In this document: positions 49,101 to 58,572 of the stretch, piece after piece
Position numbering within the stretch: position 1 is the stretch's first letter
How the letters are laid out: every line of letters starts with the position of its first letter
IMG/VR virus record: IMGVR_UViG_3300037424_001372
Location: 64,001-128,000 of that record
Source of the DNA: a virus
Taxonomy: Duplodnaviria; Heunggongvirae; Uroviricota; Caudoviricetes
Length of the DNA stretch: 64,000 bases
Direction: 5' to 3' (one strand)
The notes under the pieces: model-generated
Database searches by the model: none
Told to the model about the DNA's origin: nothing
What the model saw: only the letters and a program-made list of their open reading frames with translations
Made by a program: the position numbers and the translations under genes

Positions 49101-49495
49101 TATGTATTTTAAGAGTTGGCGATTTTTGGCACACTAAAGTAATTATTGAAAACGTAACATTTGATTATAATGAAACAACGTGGGATTTAAACCCCGAAGG
49201 TCATGGATTACAACCAATGTTAGTTAATATAACCTTACAAATGAAAATAATTGGTGGTCAATCATTGAAAGGTCCTATCGATGCACTTCAAAATGCTGCA
49301 ACATTTAATTATTATGCCAATTCGACATTTAATTCTAAAGAAGATATTTATAAAAGAGCTACTGATGTAGAATCAAAACAAAATAGTTATTATTTTGGTA
49401 TTGATACTAAATATGATGAAAATGGTAATGTAACAACTGGAATAATGGGTGAAAGAAACAAATCATTAATAAAATCAATAGGAGGGACCGAATAA
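46175..49495 (+). CDS. Large baseplate/tube-initiator-like protein with an OmpA-like insertion
   Basis: WFPPY....NE...A.Y.....IGR.EP.Y.Y...ER...L.F.L and LRVGDF....V.I..V...Y....W tube-like halves, with YNKELGNRR between them. Confidence 0.6.
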   Translation: MAEVPSRLSDGNIIYYGDNIPIQEYREKIYARSLYSLDNEYGNTNKFSLRNKGNVASGIQSVLNVVPQYNRIQTSTNLLGNVYDAFRDEGSPLSKIGLIMLGKQLAYNSAANLATKYLPTIDLSQVLKGNPTDIFKKNIDNTITIKDSSTSTFLDKVGKTASNIFGFDTYNVFGNANPFTKNPTNVDYIKNTGNAQLTRFFKSINLNPYKSINTSDNSDYTTVLREYSNNVGVNLLDGSDIINNKKFFIFDNKKQKPYFSRSLTINPIESNAIANSNMVSSYFNSGLGEIQEYGPSYQFVIENFGEIKKYQGKTNILNYVSDEPNLSYDDKNDKLVWGRDGVGVQAETYIKDLRGDYDSIDLNQDNGILDSGNNGAKTGLLNYTKNLLNASEGNFVDITRKAFKEGTNYIGFNGSPLWKSNNSKYALETGYNVDEVGIRQHTVLDPYNNFIKTIRFKGNYVYDGSENSVINKTILPKIHPIRTDDGKIDNRNLIFSLENLAVDTIKKDTYAILADEYGTAIPLSEAGPFGGRLMWFPPYNITLNETASAKYDSTVMIGRSEPMYNYMNSERTATLTFSLLVDYPEQLRNLKYQGNNKNKIIADFFAYGGDNIPIESKIDDIELRITNLKAQIDNYGTPVIQTEPPAQILPDVTIFYPNDEPHDYNVDSIIDKMYNDYHYEIIDGLNSGVNGGDGNGFGLNNSMYFVSGLTGTIVEGKQVWTLVDNSVSQYNSIDTYGQDDNFCKLNENLKNLFSDENTRKYYSIYIRSTSSKLYLGDNEDKYNKELGNRRNLAAKNLIVNKLVKMFGMSVANELELNNIVLYNSIGSVDSGTVGAKSENMHLREVKEERKTVISFGRNKVPIDKKENNLTTKEKQEIALINADIDKLTIQLNKLKKNLTEFVFNERDNYKGSLSGFESISNNQYRPVFHSQTPEDFHRRLTFLHQCTRQGPAKRYNIVDTNGQLRARNSVFGKQPICILRVGDFWHTKVIIENVTFDYNETTWDLNPEGHGLQPMLVNITLQMKIIGGQSLKGPIDALQNAATFNYYANSTFNSKEDIYKRATDVESKQNSYYFGIDTKYDENGNVTTGIMGERNKSLIKSIGGTE

Positions 49496-49806
49496 TGCCT
49501 TATCAAGATTATAATAGATACGAATTATTAAAAAATTCAAACGGTACTACTGATGCAATGCCGTTTGTAAAATTACCTGAAAATCCTAGTGATAAATTTG
49601 AATATTGGAATACTAATTTTAGTAGATTGGATATTTTATCTCAAAAATATTATGGTAATCCTTTTTACGATTTTTTAATTCTTTATGGAAATAATGTTTA
49701 TTTAAGTGAATTTGATATACCTGATGGTACATTGATAAAAATACCATTTCCACTTTCTAAAGCAAAGGCAGATTATGAGCAGATTTTAATGTCATTTAAA
49801 ACTTAA
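49495..49806 (+). CDS. Baseplate wedge protein, gp53/LysM-like
   Basis: RLD.LS.KYYG.P.Y..LIL..N.....I..G..IKIP. Confidence 0.8.
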   Translation: MPYQDYNRYELLKNSNGTTDAMPFVKLPENPSDKFEYWNTNFSRLDILSQKYYGNPFYDFLILYGNNVYLSEFDIPDGTLIKIPFPLSKAKADYEQILMSFKT

Positions 49807-49861
49807 TAAAAATTTGATTTTTTCATTTTTAATGTATTTATTTGTAGCAAATATTTTATAG

Positions 49862-51745
49862 ATGAAAAAAGAATGTATTGAAATTTTAGAAAAAAAAATA
49901 TATTTTGAAAAATATATAAAAAAAACTTATCCATTATTATATGATGAAATAATAAAATTTAATTCTAAATTAGATATTTCATGGTTAAATAAATTATATA
50001 ATTACATATTTAATATTAAAATTCATCCTAAATGTGAATATTGTAATACACAATTAAATTTTAGAAATAAAATTAGTATTGGATATGGTCAATATTGCTC
50101 AAAAAAATGTACTTCTTTAGCTACAAGAGATAAGGTAATAAATACTAATTTAGAAAAATATGGTGTTGAATATCCTTTACAAAATAAGGAAATTTATCAA
50201 AAATTAATTAATACTAATTTAGAAAAATATGGTGTTATTTCAACACTATTAGATGAAAAGGTTCAAGAAAAAATTAAACAAACTAATTTAGTTAGACATG
50301 GCGTTGAAAATCCGTCTCAATCAGATTTAATAAAATATAAACGCAAACAAACTAATTTAAAAAAATATGGTGTTGAGAATGTTTTTTGTGTAAATATTAT
50401 AAAAAATAAAATTAAAGAATGTAATGAAAATAAATCCCATTTTGAAAAAGAGTTTATTAAAGAAAAAACTAAAAAAACTAATTTAAAAAAATATGGGGTG
50501 TCAACAGTTCTTATTTTAGAAGAAAATAGAAAAAAAATGATTAATTATAATATTAATCATTTAGGTGTTAAATATCCTTTACAAAATGAAGAAATTAGAA
50601 ATAAATCAAAAAAAACTATTTTGAATAAATATGGCACCATTAGTATTAGTAGTTCCAATTATTATAAGGAATGTATTAATACTAATTTAATTAAAAAATA
50701 TTCATTATTACTTAATTTAAATAATAATAATATTAAATATAATAATAATATTTTTATTATTAAAAATTATTGTGAATTACATAAAAAATTTCATATAAAA
50801 TATGATGATTTATATAATAGAATATTTCTTGGTTGTAATAACATTTGTACCAAATGCAACCCAATATCTAAACAATCTAAAATAAAGGAAAACGAAATCA
50901 ATGATTATATCAAATCATTGAATGTTAAATACATAAGAAACGATAGGAAAATTCTATCCCGTAAAGAGCTAGATTTTTATCTCCCAGATAATAAATTGGC
51001 AATTGAATTCAACGGTTTATATTGGCATTCGAATAAATATAATTCAAATAATTATCATTTGGATAAAACCAATTCTTGTGAAGAGCAAAACATACAATTA
51101 TTACATGTGTTTGAGGATGAGTGGGTTTATAAAAAAGAAATTGTTAAAAGCATTATTAAATCTAAGTTGGGAATAATTGAAAATAAAATATTTGCAAGAA
51201 AAACAGAAATAAAAGAAATAACTGATAATAATTTAACTAAAGAATTTCTTGAAAATAACCACTTACAAGGTTCTATCAATTCTTCAATTAAGTTAGGATT
51301 ATTCCATAATAATCAATTAGTTAGTCTTATGACTTTTGGAAAAAAACGGGTTGCTTTAGGCAATAAAACACAAAATATTGGTGAATATGAGATGTTAAGG
51401 TTCTGCAATAAACTTAATACTCAGGTAGTTGGAGGTGCTAGTAAATTATTAAAATATTTCACAAACAATTACCGACCCAAAGAAATATTAACTTTTGCAG
51501 ATAGGAGATATAGTAATGGTAATCTATATAAAGAACTAGGATTTAATTACTTAGGAAATACCAAACCTAATTATTGGTATTTTAAAAAGAACGAATTGGT
51601 AAGATATCATAGATTTAATTTCAGAAAAGATATTTTGGTTAAAGAAGGTTTTGATTCAAATAAAACCGAACATCAAATAATGGAAGAAAAGGGATATTTG
51701 AGAATATACGATTCGGGGAATATGAAATTTAAAATAAAATGTTGA
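49862..51745 (+). CDS. Hef-like endonuclease/Mom-like GNAT fusion with about 7 KYGV repeats
   Basis: PKCEYC..YCSKKC, TNLEKYGV repeats, ELDFYLP..AIEFNGLYWH..HVFEDEW, HLQG, EMLRFC, GGASKLL, FADRRYS, YDSG. Confidence 0.78.
   Translation: MKKECIEILEKKIYFEKYIKKTYPLLYDEIIKFNSKLDISWLNKLYNYIFNIKIHPKCEYCNTQLNFRNKISIGYGQYCSKKCTSLATRDKVINTNLEKYGVEYPLQNKEIYQKLINTNLEKYGVISTLLDEKVQEKIKQTNLVRHGVENPSQSDLIKYKRKQTNLKKYGVENVFCVNIIKNKIKECNENKSHFEKEFIKEKTKKTNLKKYGVSTVLILEENRKKMINYNINHLGVKYPLQNEEIRNKSKKTILNKYGTISISSSNYYKECINTNLIKKYSLLLNLNNNNIKYNNNIFIIKNYCELHKKFHIKYDDLYNRIFLGCNNICTKCNPISKQSKIKENEINDYIKSLNVKYIRNDRKILSRKELDFYLPDNKLAIEFNGLYWHSNKYNSNNYHLDKTNSCEEQNIQLLHVFEDEWVYKKEIVKSIIKSKLGIIENKIFARKTEIKEITDNNLTKEFLENNHLQGSINSSIKLGLFHNNQLVSLMTFGKKRVALGNKTQNIGEYEMLRFCNKLNTQVVGGASKLLKYFTNNYRPKEILTFADRRYSNGNLYKELGFNYLGNTKPNYWYFKKNELVRYHRFNFRKDILVKEGFDSNKTEHQIMEEKGYLRIYDSGNMKFKIKC
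50141..50640 (+). repeat. 23-aa KYGV repeat array
   Basis: AATACTAATTTAGAAAAATATGGTGTT occurs exactly at 50141 and 50210 (69 nt apart), with further diverged copies. Confidence 0.85.
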
Positions 51746-51785
51746 TAATATCGATTTAAATTATTAAATTTGTTTTTTAAATTTT

Positions 51786-52472
51786 ATGAGAAATCAATAT
51801 AATAAAATTGTAGTTGTTTTTTCATCACATTTAGGTGATGAAAAAAATAATGAATTTATAAACCATATTCATGATACTATTGGAGTTAATCATGAAGTTA
51901 TTTGTTATGAAAATTATAATGAATATTCTCTAACTGAAATATATAATAAAGCAATTGATGAATATAATTCAGAAAATATTATAATGGTGTTTTGTCATCC
52001 TGACATTATATTAAAAACAAAAAATTGGGGCAGAATATTATTAACTAAATTTAATAGTACTAATTTTGATATTATTGGTGTTGCAGGAACTACTTATTTA
52101 GCCGAAACGGGACGATGGTGGGAAGATAGAAGTAAAATGTTAGGCATTGTTGAACATACTAATGGATTATCTGAATGGGTTAGTGAATATTCTAAACCTA
52201 TTAATGAAATTAAAGAAGTTGTTATGATTGATGGTTTATTTATGGCAATTAATTGTAATAATATTACTCATAAGTTTGATGAAGATTTCAAAGGTTTTCA
52301 TTTTTATGAAATATCAATGATATTCCCTAATTACCTTGACGGTTGTAATATCGGTGTAACGACATCAATTAGGATATTACATAAATCAATTGGTATGACA
52401 AATCAACAATGGGAGGATAATAGACAATTATTTATTAAAAAATATAATGATGAATTACCTATTTTATTATGA
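51786..52472 (+). CDS. GT-A glycosyltransferase-like protein (Glyco_tranf_2_5-like)
   Basis: SL..IYN, FCHPDI, IIGVAG, IDGLFMA, FDE.F.GFHFYE. Confidence 0.8.
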   Translation: MRNQYNKIVVVFSSHLGDEKNNEFINHIHDTIGVNHEVICYENYNEYSLTEIYNKAIDEYNSENIIMVFCHPDIILKTKNWGRILLTKFNSTNFDIIGVAGTTYLAETGRWWEDRSKMLGIVEHTNGLSEWVSEYSKPINEIKEVVMIDGLFMAINCNNITHKFDEDFKGFHFYEISMIFPNYLDGCNIGVTTSIRILHKSIGMTNQQWEDNRQLFIKKYNDELPILL

Positions 52473-53230
52473 AAAATATATTAGATATTGAAACATTTAT
52501 TTTTATTCATAACCAAGAAATTTTATTGGAGTTTGAAAAAAATAATAAGTTTAAAAATTTTTGTAATTATAAATATGTCTTTTTAGGTTATGGTGAAACT
52601 AATAAATTAAATTATTTAAATAATATTATTTATGCAAGAGATTTACCTAATAATTTGGAAAAATATGATAAAATGTGTGCATATTCTGGATGGTATGTAT
52701 TATATATGAATGAATTAATTAGTTCAGAATATGTTAATTTATTTGAATATGATATATCAATAACAGATGATTTTATTGATAAATTAGGTGAGATAATTAA
52801 TGAAAATTCAAATATCTATTCATATGTTCCATTTGATATTAGAGTAGAATTTTTAAATCCTAAATGGATTGGTGATTTAAGTAAATTTTATAAAGTAAAA
52901 AAGAAAATTGATTTAGTTCCAGAATTAATGAAAAAAATTAATGAAAAAAATATTAGTCATTGGGCTTCAACTAGTAATATTACATTCAATAGTGATTTCT
53001 TTTTTGATTATATGAATGATGTTGCAGAAATTTTCGAATGGATGAAAATTTGGGGTAGTGTTGGACATGCGTTAGAAAGATTATTATCATTTTATTTGAT
53101 ATTAAATAATATTAATAATATTACTTATGTAAATGGATTATTACATCATTATCAATTAGATAGCCATAAAACTCAATTACATTTTACTGATTTAAATAAT
53201 AATTTGAAAAAAATTGCAAATAATGAATAA
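52469..53230 (+). CDS. Putative glycosyltransferase
   Basis: LFEYD (DxD-like) and GHALER motifs; ATGA overlap within the cluster. Confidence 0.5.
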   Translation: MKNILDIETFIFIHNQEILLEFEKNNKFKNFCNYKYVFLGYGETNKLNYLNNIIYARDLPNNLEKYDKMCAYSGWYVLYMNELISSEYVNLFEYDISITDDFIDKLGEIINENSNIYSYVPFDIRVEFLNPKWIGDLSKFYKVKKKIDLVPELMKKINEKNISHWASTSNITFNSDFFFDYMNDVAEIFEWMKIWGSVGHALERLLSFYLILNNINNITYVNGLLHHYQLDSHKTQLHFTDLNNNLKKIANNE

Positions 53231-53894
53231 AGCAGTTAGTTTTGGTTTATGGGGACACAACCCAATGTATGATGTAGGGGCAATTAAAAACATTGAATTA
53301 CATAAAAAATACTATGTTGATTGGGATTTTGTTATTCATTATGACAATACAGTACCTGTTCAATATATTAATCAATTAAAAAACATGGATTGTATATTGA
53401 TTAATAATACTGGAAGTTTGATTAGTCAAATGTTTTGGAGATTTTTATCATATTCAGATTATGATGTAACAATTTTTAGAGATTGTGATTCAAGAATATC
53501 TCTTAGGGAAGAATTGGCAGTAAATGAATGGTTAGAATCAGGAAAAAGAATTCATGTTATGAGAGACCATCCCGCTCAAATAATTCCATATCCATGTAAT
53601 AAACCCGGGATTTTAGGTGGGATGTGGGGTATTATTAATAAACCAGATTTTGATTTAATTGGAAAAATTAATGATTTTCATAATGGAAAATTAATATTAA
53701 ATCCTTATGGCCAAGACCAATTATTTTTAATGTCTGAAATATATGATGTATTTAAAGACGAATGTTATATTCATGATGAATTTCATTCAGGTAATAAATT
53801 TCCAATTGAAAGAGAAAATTATCATTTTATCGGAGAAAGATTTAATGAGTTTAATCAAAGACATAATGATTATTTAAGTTTAGTGAAAAAATGA
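53223..53894 (+). CDS. Putative GT-A glycosyltransferase
   Basis: SFGLWG..P.Y..GA..N, MFWRF, RDCDSR (DxD), H.MRDHP, GGMWG, DQ.FL. Confidence 0.65.
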   Translation: MNKAVSFGLWGHNPMYDVGAIKNIELHKKYYVDWDFVIHYDNTVPVQYINQLKNMDCILINNTGSLISQMFWRFLSYSDYDVTIFRDCDSRISLREELAVNEWLESGKRIHVMRDHPAQIIPYPCNKPGILGGMWGIINKPDFDLIGKINDFHNGKLILNPYGQDQLFLMSEIYDVFKDECYIHDEFHSGNKFPIERENYHFIGERFNEFNQRHNDYLSLVKK

Positions 53895-54613
53895 ATATTG
53901 ATTATGTTATTGTTAGTTCTGATAATAATCCCACGTATTTAGATTTTTGGGATATTACTAAAAAGATGTGGTGTGATTTAGTTGGAATAAAACCAGTATT
54001 ATTAAAAATATCCGATAAAGATAATTACACTGATAATGGAGATAATATTGTTATTGAAGTTAAAGCTATTGAAAATATTAATACAGGATTACAATCACAA
54101 ATAATTAGATTATTTTGTTCCAAATATTTTGAAAATAAAAACATATTAATATCTGATATTGATATGATACCATTAAATAAATCATATTTTATCAATAGTG
54201 TTTCAAAATATGATGATGATTCAACAATAATATATTCGTCAGATGCTTATGGCGGTCATAGATACCCAATGTGTTATGTATTATCTAATTCAGAAACATT
54301 TAATAAAATCTTTGAATTAGATAACCATCCAAATTTTGAATCATTTGCTAATTATTTGATTGAAAATGAAAATAATGGTTGGAATACCGATGAATTATAT
54401 TTGACTAAAAAAATTAATGAATATAATAAAAATATTATTAAATTAAATCGTGGTTGGAATAATGGTAGAGCTAATAATAGGATTGATAGAGTTTTTTGGA
54501 ATTATAATATAAATGAGTTGAAAAATAAGATATATATTGATTCACATTTATTAAGACCTTATTCACGATATAAGAATGAAATTAATGATTTAATTAAACT
54601 TATTAATTATTGA
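53891..54613 (+). CDS. Putative GT-A glycosyltransferase
   Basis: SQ.IRL, ISDIDMIPL (DxD), YPMCY, W.TDE, RIDR..W, DSH..RP. Confidence 0.65.
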   Translation: MNIDYVIVSSDNNPTYLDFWDITKKMWCDLVGIKPVLLKISDKDNYTDNGDNIVIEVKAIENINTGLQSQIIRLFCSKYFENKNILISDIDMIPLNKSYFINSVSKYDDDSTIIYSSDAYGGHRYPMCYVLSNSETFNKIFELDNHPNFESFANYLIENENNGWNTDELYLTKKINEYNKNIIKLNRGWNNGRANNRIDRVFWNYNINELKNKIYIDSHLLRPYSRYKNEINDLIKLINY

Positions 54614-54619
54614 AATTAT

Positions 54620-55297
54620 ATGAAAAAATATAAAGTTATTACAATTGCTGTAAGTTCAATACTAGAACCTTGGATTACAATAGAGAATGAGGGTATTAGA
54701 AAAACGTGGTTATTAAATAAAAATGATAATGATTTAGTATTATTTTATTATGGTGGTGTTAATGATTTAACAGTTAATGATGATAGAATATATTTACCAC
54801 ATCCAGAGGGATTTATGAATATCGGACATAAAACAATTATGCTGATGGAATATATATTAAAAAATTATGATTTTGATTATGTTTTTAAAACAAATACTTC
54901 TTCATATATCGATTTAAAAAAATTAAATGAATATGTCGATAATATGCCATTAAATAATTTATATTCGGGTGTTATTGGCGATTATAATAATGGTAATAAT
55001 ACAATTAGATTTGTTTCTGGCTGTGGTGTTTTGTTGAGCAAAGATATGGTAGAACTTTATATAAATAATAAAAACGATGTAAATCATAATATTATTGAAG
55101 ATGTTGCTATGGGTGATTTTTTTAATAAAAAAAATATAAAATATTCCATTGGGCCTCGAATTGATATTAATTTTAGTAATGAAAATAATATTCCATTGGG
55201 GCATTTTCATTACAGGTGTAAAGACTATGAACGTAATAATAGAAATAATGATATTAAAAGAATGCATTTAATAAATAAAAGATTAGGATATGAATAA
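54620..55297 (+). CDS. GT31/galactosyltransferase-like protein
   Basis: KT...M.Y.....DFDYVFKTN.SSY, F.SG.G..LS, EDVAMG. Confidence 0.65.
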   Translation: MKKYKVITIAVSSILEPWITIENEGIRKTWLLNKNDNDLVLFYYGGVNDLTVNDDRIYLPHPEGFMNIGHKTIMLMEYILKNYDFDYVFKTNTSSYIDLKKLNEYVDNMPLNNLYSGVIGDYNNGNNTIRFVSGCGVLLSKDMVELYINNKNDVNHNIIEDVAMGDFFNKKNIKYSIGPRIDINFSNENNIPLGHFHYRCKDYERNNRNNDIKRMHLINKRLGYE

Positions 55298-56027
55298 TAT
55301 TTTTTATCATATTTATTTATTTGATAAAATCGATTCAATGGTTATTAACCAATTAAATCGATTAAAAAATAGTGGTTTGTTAAATATATCAGAATTGCAT
55401 GTTATCATATTGAATAATCCTGAATATAATAAATCACTTAATGATAACACATTGAAATTAATAAATGAATTATCAAAAAATATTTATCATGAAACAAATA
55501 ATTATTATGAAATTATTACACATAAAAAAATATTTGATCATGCACAATTAAACGATAGTAATTATTTGTATATGCATACAAAAGGTTGTACAAGAGTTAA
55601 TCATCAAAATAGTGGTAGTTATTCATATCACAATATTGAAAATTGGAGGCATATGCAAGAATATTTTACAATTGATATGCATAAATATTGTTTAGATGGA
55701 TTAAAAACACATGATATTGTTGGTAGTAATTATGTGCCACAACATATCATGTCAGTACCTGCACATTATTCTGGCGGTTTTTGGTGGTCTAAATCAGAAT
55801 TTATTAGGAAATTACAAAATCCTCAGTTGTTTTTGAATGAAAAAAATATTAATAGGTTTCATGCAGAATTTTGGCTTGGATATACACCTCATAAAGCATT
55901 ATGTTTATATCCAATACCTGAAAAAAATAACAATAATCAATATTCACAGCACAGAGGTTTTAGTTATTGTGATGAAACTATTTATAAAAATAATATTATA
56001 AAAAATACATACATAAATACAATATGA
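55290..56027 (+). CDS. Glycan-biosynthesis protein (YxHxKG family, putative GT)
   Basis: YE..T, LYMHTKG, WR..M.YF, HYSG.FWW, E.W.G. Confidence 0.55.
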   Translation: MNNIFYHIYLFDKIDSMVINQLNRLKNSGLLNISELHVIILNNPEYNKSLNDNTLKLINELSKNIYHETNNYYEIITHKKIFDHAQLNDSNYLYMHTKGCTRVNHQNSGSYSYHNIENWRHMQEYFTIDMHKYCLDGLKTHDIVGSNYVPQHIMSVPAHYSGGFWWSKSEFIRKLQNPQLFLNEKNINRFHAEFWLGYTPHKALCLYPIPEKNNNNQYSQHRGFSYCDETIYKNNIIKNTYINTI

Positions 56028-57946
56028 AAATAGTTGTTATTGGCGGTACAGGATTATTAGGTACTGCTTTAAAAAAAATTGATAATGATTTAATTTGTTT
56101 AAATAGTGACTATGATATAGTCGAATTTACTAAATTAAATAAAAAATTAAATGAAATTTCTCCGGATATTATTATAAATGCTTGTGCAATAAAAACTAAT
56201 CAAGTTTTAGAAGATAAAAGCAAATCAATAAATGTTAATATTATCGGAGCATCTAATGTTGCTAAATATTGTATTGAAAATAATATAAAATTAGTTTATA
56301 TTAGTAGTGATTATATTTATAAAGGTGATGTTGGAAATTATTCCGAAACAGATTCAATTTTTCCAGAAAATCTATATGCATGGACTAAATTAGGCGGTGA
56401 ATGTTCTGCAAAATTGGTTAATAATCATATTATAATTAGAACAAGTTTTGGTAGTGATATTTTTCCATATTCCGGAGCATATGATAATTTATATACAAGT
56501 AAGGATTATGTAGATGTTATTGCCAAAATGATTATTGATGTTATTCCAACTAAATATATTGGTGTTTTAAATATTGGGACATATAGAAAAAGTATATATG
56601 ATTATGCAAATAAAAAAAATATTATTAATAGAATTTCATTAATACATCAAAAGGATTTTAGTTTAAATTGTAATCTATATAATAAATTGATTGATGATAT
56701 TAGAAATAATGTAAATTTTAAATATAATAATATTTGCCCAATAACGAAACGAGATAATAAAATTAAATATTTTGATTTAGGTAATTTACCTCTTGTAAAT
56801 AATCTATCTAATAGTTTCGAAGAATCTATTAATTGTGAAAGGTTTCCATTATCAATATCATTATTTGTTGAATCTGGTTTAAGTGGTTTAGATGTTACAA
56901 TTGATTCAGATAAAATGTTTTTAAATTATGTTTATCGATCAAATACAAATAAACCGTATTTGATTCATTGTAAGAATATGTATTCATATTTAATGAAATA
57001 TATTAAATTAGATGGTAATGATTTATGTGTTGATATTGGTGGTAATGATGGTACTTTATTGACGGCATTTAATGAATTTTGTTTGGAAAATAATATAAAT
57101 TCATGTGAAAAAATTAATATTGAACCATCAAAAAATATTTCAAAAATATCTTCAGATAATGGTATTAATACAATTAATGAGTATTTTACATCAAAAATTT
57201 ATAAAATAATTGGTAAGAAGGCTAAATTAATTACAACAACAAATGTCTTTCAACATTTATTAGATATACAAGAATTTGTTAATGGTATTAATGCATTAAT
57301 TGATGATAACGGTATTTGGTGTTTAGAATTTCCATATTGGGGTAATAGTATGGAAACTAATCAATTTGACCAAGTATATCATGAACATATGTATTATTAT
57401 TTAGTAACACCATTAAATACATTATTTAATAATAATGGTTTAAGAATTGTTAACATTTCTGATCAATATATACATGGTGGTTCGTTGAGGTTAATAATTA
57501 CAAAAAATTTATCAAATATTATATCTGATAATAGCGTAGATTATTATCTATCTAAAGAAAAGAAATTCAATGTTGATTATTATTCAAATTGGTCAAAAAT
57601 GGTCAAATCACATTTATCTGAATGTTATGATTTATTATATATGTTAAAAGATTCTAATGTTGTCGGTTTTGGGGCGGCAGCAAAGGGGTGTATTTTTTTA
57701 AACACGTTAAAAATTGATCATAATTTTATGAAATATGTTATTGACGATACGATTGAAAAACAAAATAAATATATTCCGGGGACTGGAATTAAAATTGTTG
57801 ATCGATCAATATTAAATGATAATAAAATCGATTATATTTTAATATTAGCACATAATTTTTCAGAATATATTATTAAATCATTAAGAGAATCAAATTATAT
57901 GGGTAAATTTATTGTTTTATTACCTGAAATTAAAATAATCGAATAA
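56024..57946 (+). CDS. RmlD-like NDP-sugar 4-ketoreductase fused to an NDP-hexose C-methyltransferase
   Basis: N-terminus GGTGLLG, ISSDY, YAWTK. C-terminus DLG.LPL.N, DIGGNDG, FDQVYHEH, HGGS, GAAAKG. Confidence 0.85.
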   Translation: MKIVVIGGTGLLGTALKKIDNDLICLNSDYDIVEFTKLNKKLNEISPDIIINACAIKTNQVLEDKSKSINVNIIGASNVAKYCIENNIKLVYISSDYIYKGDVGNYSETDSIFPENLYAWTKLGGECSAKLVNNHIIIRTSFGSDIFPYSGAYDNLYTSKDYVDVIAKMIIDVIPTKYIGVLNIGTYRKSIYDYANKKNIINRISLIHQKDFSLNCNLYNKLIDDIRNNVNFKYNNICPITKRDNKIKYFDLGNLPLVNNLSNSFEESINCERFPLSISLFVESGLSGLDVTIDSDKMFLNYVYRSNTNKPYLIHCKNMYSYLMKYIKLDGNDLCVDIGGNDGTLLTAFNEFCLENNINSCEKINIEPSKNISKISSDNGINTINEYFTSKIYKIIGKKAKLITTTNVFQHLLDIQEFVNGINALIDDNGIWCLEFPYWGNSMETNQFDQVYHEHMYYYLVTPLNTLFNNNGLRIVNISDQYIHGGSLRLIITKNLSNIISDNSVDYYLSKEKKFNVDYYSNWSKMVKSHLSECYDLLYMLKDSNVVGFGAAAKGCIFLNTLKIDHNFMKYVIDDTIEKQNKYIPGTGIKIVDRSILNDNKIDYILILAHNFSEYIIKSLRESNYMGKFIVLLPEIKIIE

Positions 57947-57948
57947 TT

Positions 57949-58572
57949 ATGATAAAAAAAATTATTAATTTAAACAAAGAAGAATTATATCAGTGGTTGA
58001 AATTTGATGCCGGTGTAAATAATGGAAAACATTTTGGTGCATATGAAGGTGGTTTAGAACTACAACAAGTTCCTGAAGAATATGTAGAATATTTATGGTT
58101 TTTAAAAACCATAAATTTAAAATCATATTTAAATGTTGGTATTGGAAATGGTGGTTCTTTCATGGTTGAATCATATATTCAATCAAATTGTAAACGCTGT
58201 GTTGCAGTAGATAATACATCATATGGTAAATTTACTAATATTAATAATATTAATGCTCGTTTAACTTGGTTAAAAGAAAATACTGATAAATCAATTGAAT
58301 TTTTTAATATGAATAGTAGTGATTTTTTTAAATCAAACACTGAAAAATTTGATATTATTTTTATTGATGGAGACCATACATATAATGGCGTTAAACAAGA
58401 TTATGAAAATGCATTAAATTTCATAAATAATGGTGGATATATCATATTTCATGATATTGGTAGTGCACAATGTGAAGGTGTTGTTCGAATCTGGAATGAA
58501 ATTAAAAATGAAAATTCTAAAGAATTTATTTTCAGCACTGTTTGTGGAATCGGAATAATTCAAATAATATGA
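57949..58572 (+). CDS. Class I SAM methyltransferase (Methyltransf_24-like)
   Basis: VG...GGS, FIDGDHTY..VK.DY, GG.I.FHD. Confidence 0.85.
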   Translation: MIKKIINLNKEELYQWLKFDAGVNNGKHFGAYEGGLELQQVPEEYVEYLWFLKTINLKSYLNVGIGNGGSFMVESYIQSNCKRCVAVDNTSYGKFTNINNINARLTWLKENTDKSIEFFNMNSSDFFKSNTEKFDIIFIDGDHTYNGVKQDYENALNFINNGGYIIFHDIGSAQCEGVVRIWNEIKNENSKEFIFSTVCGIGIIQII

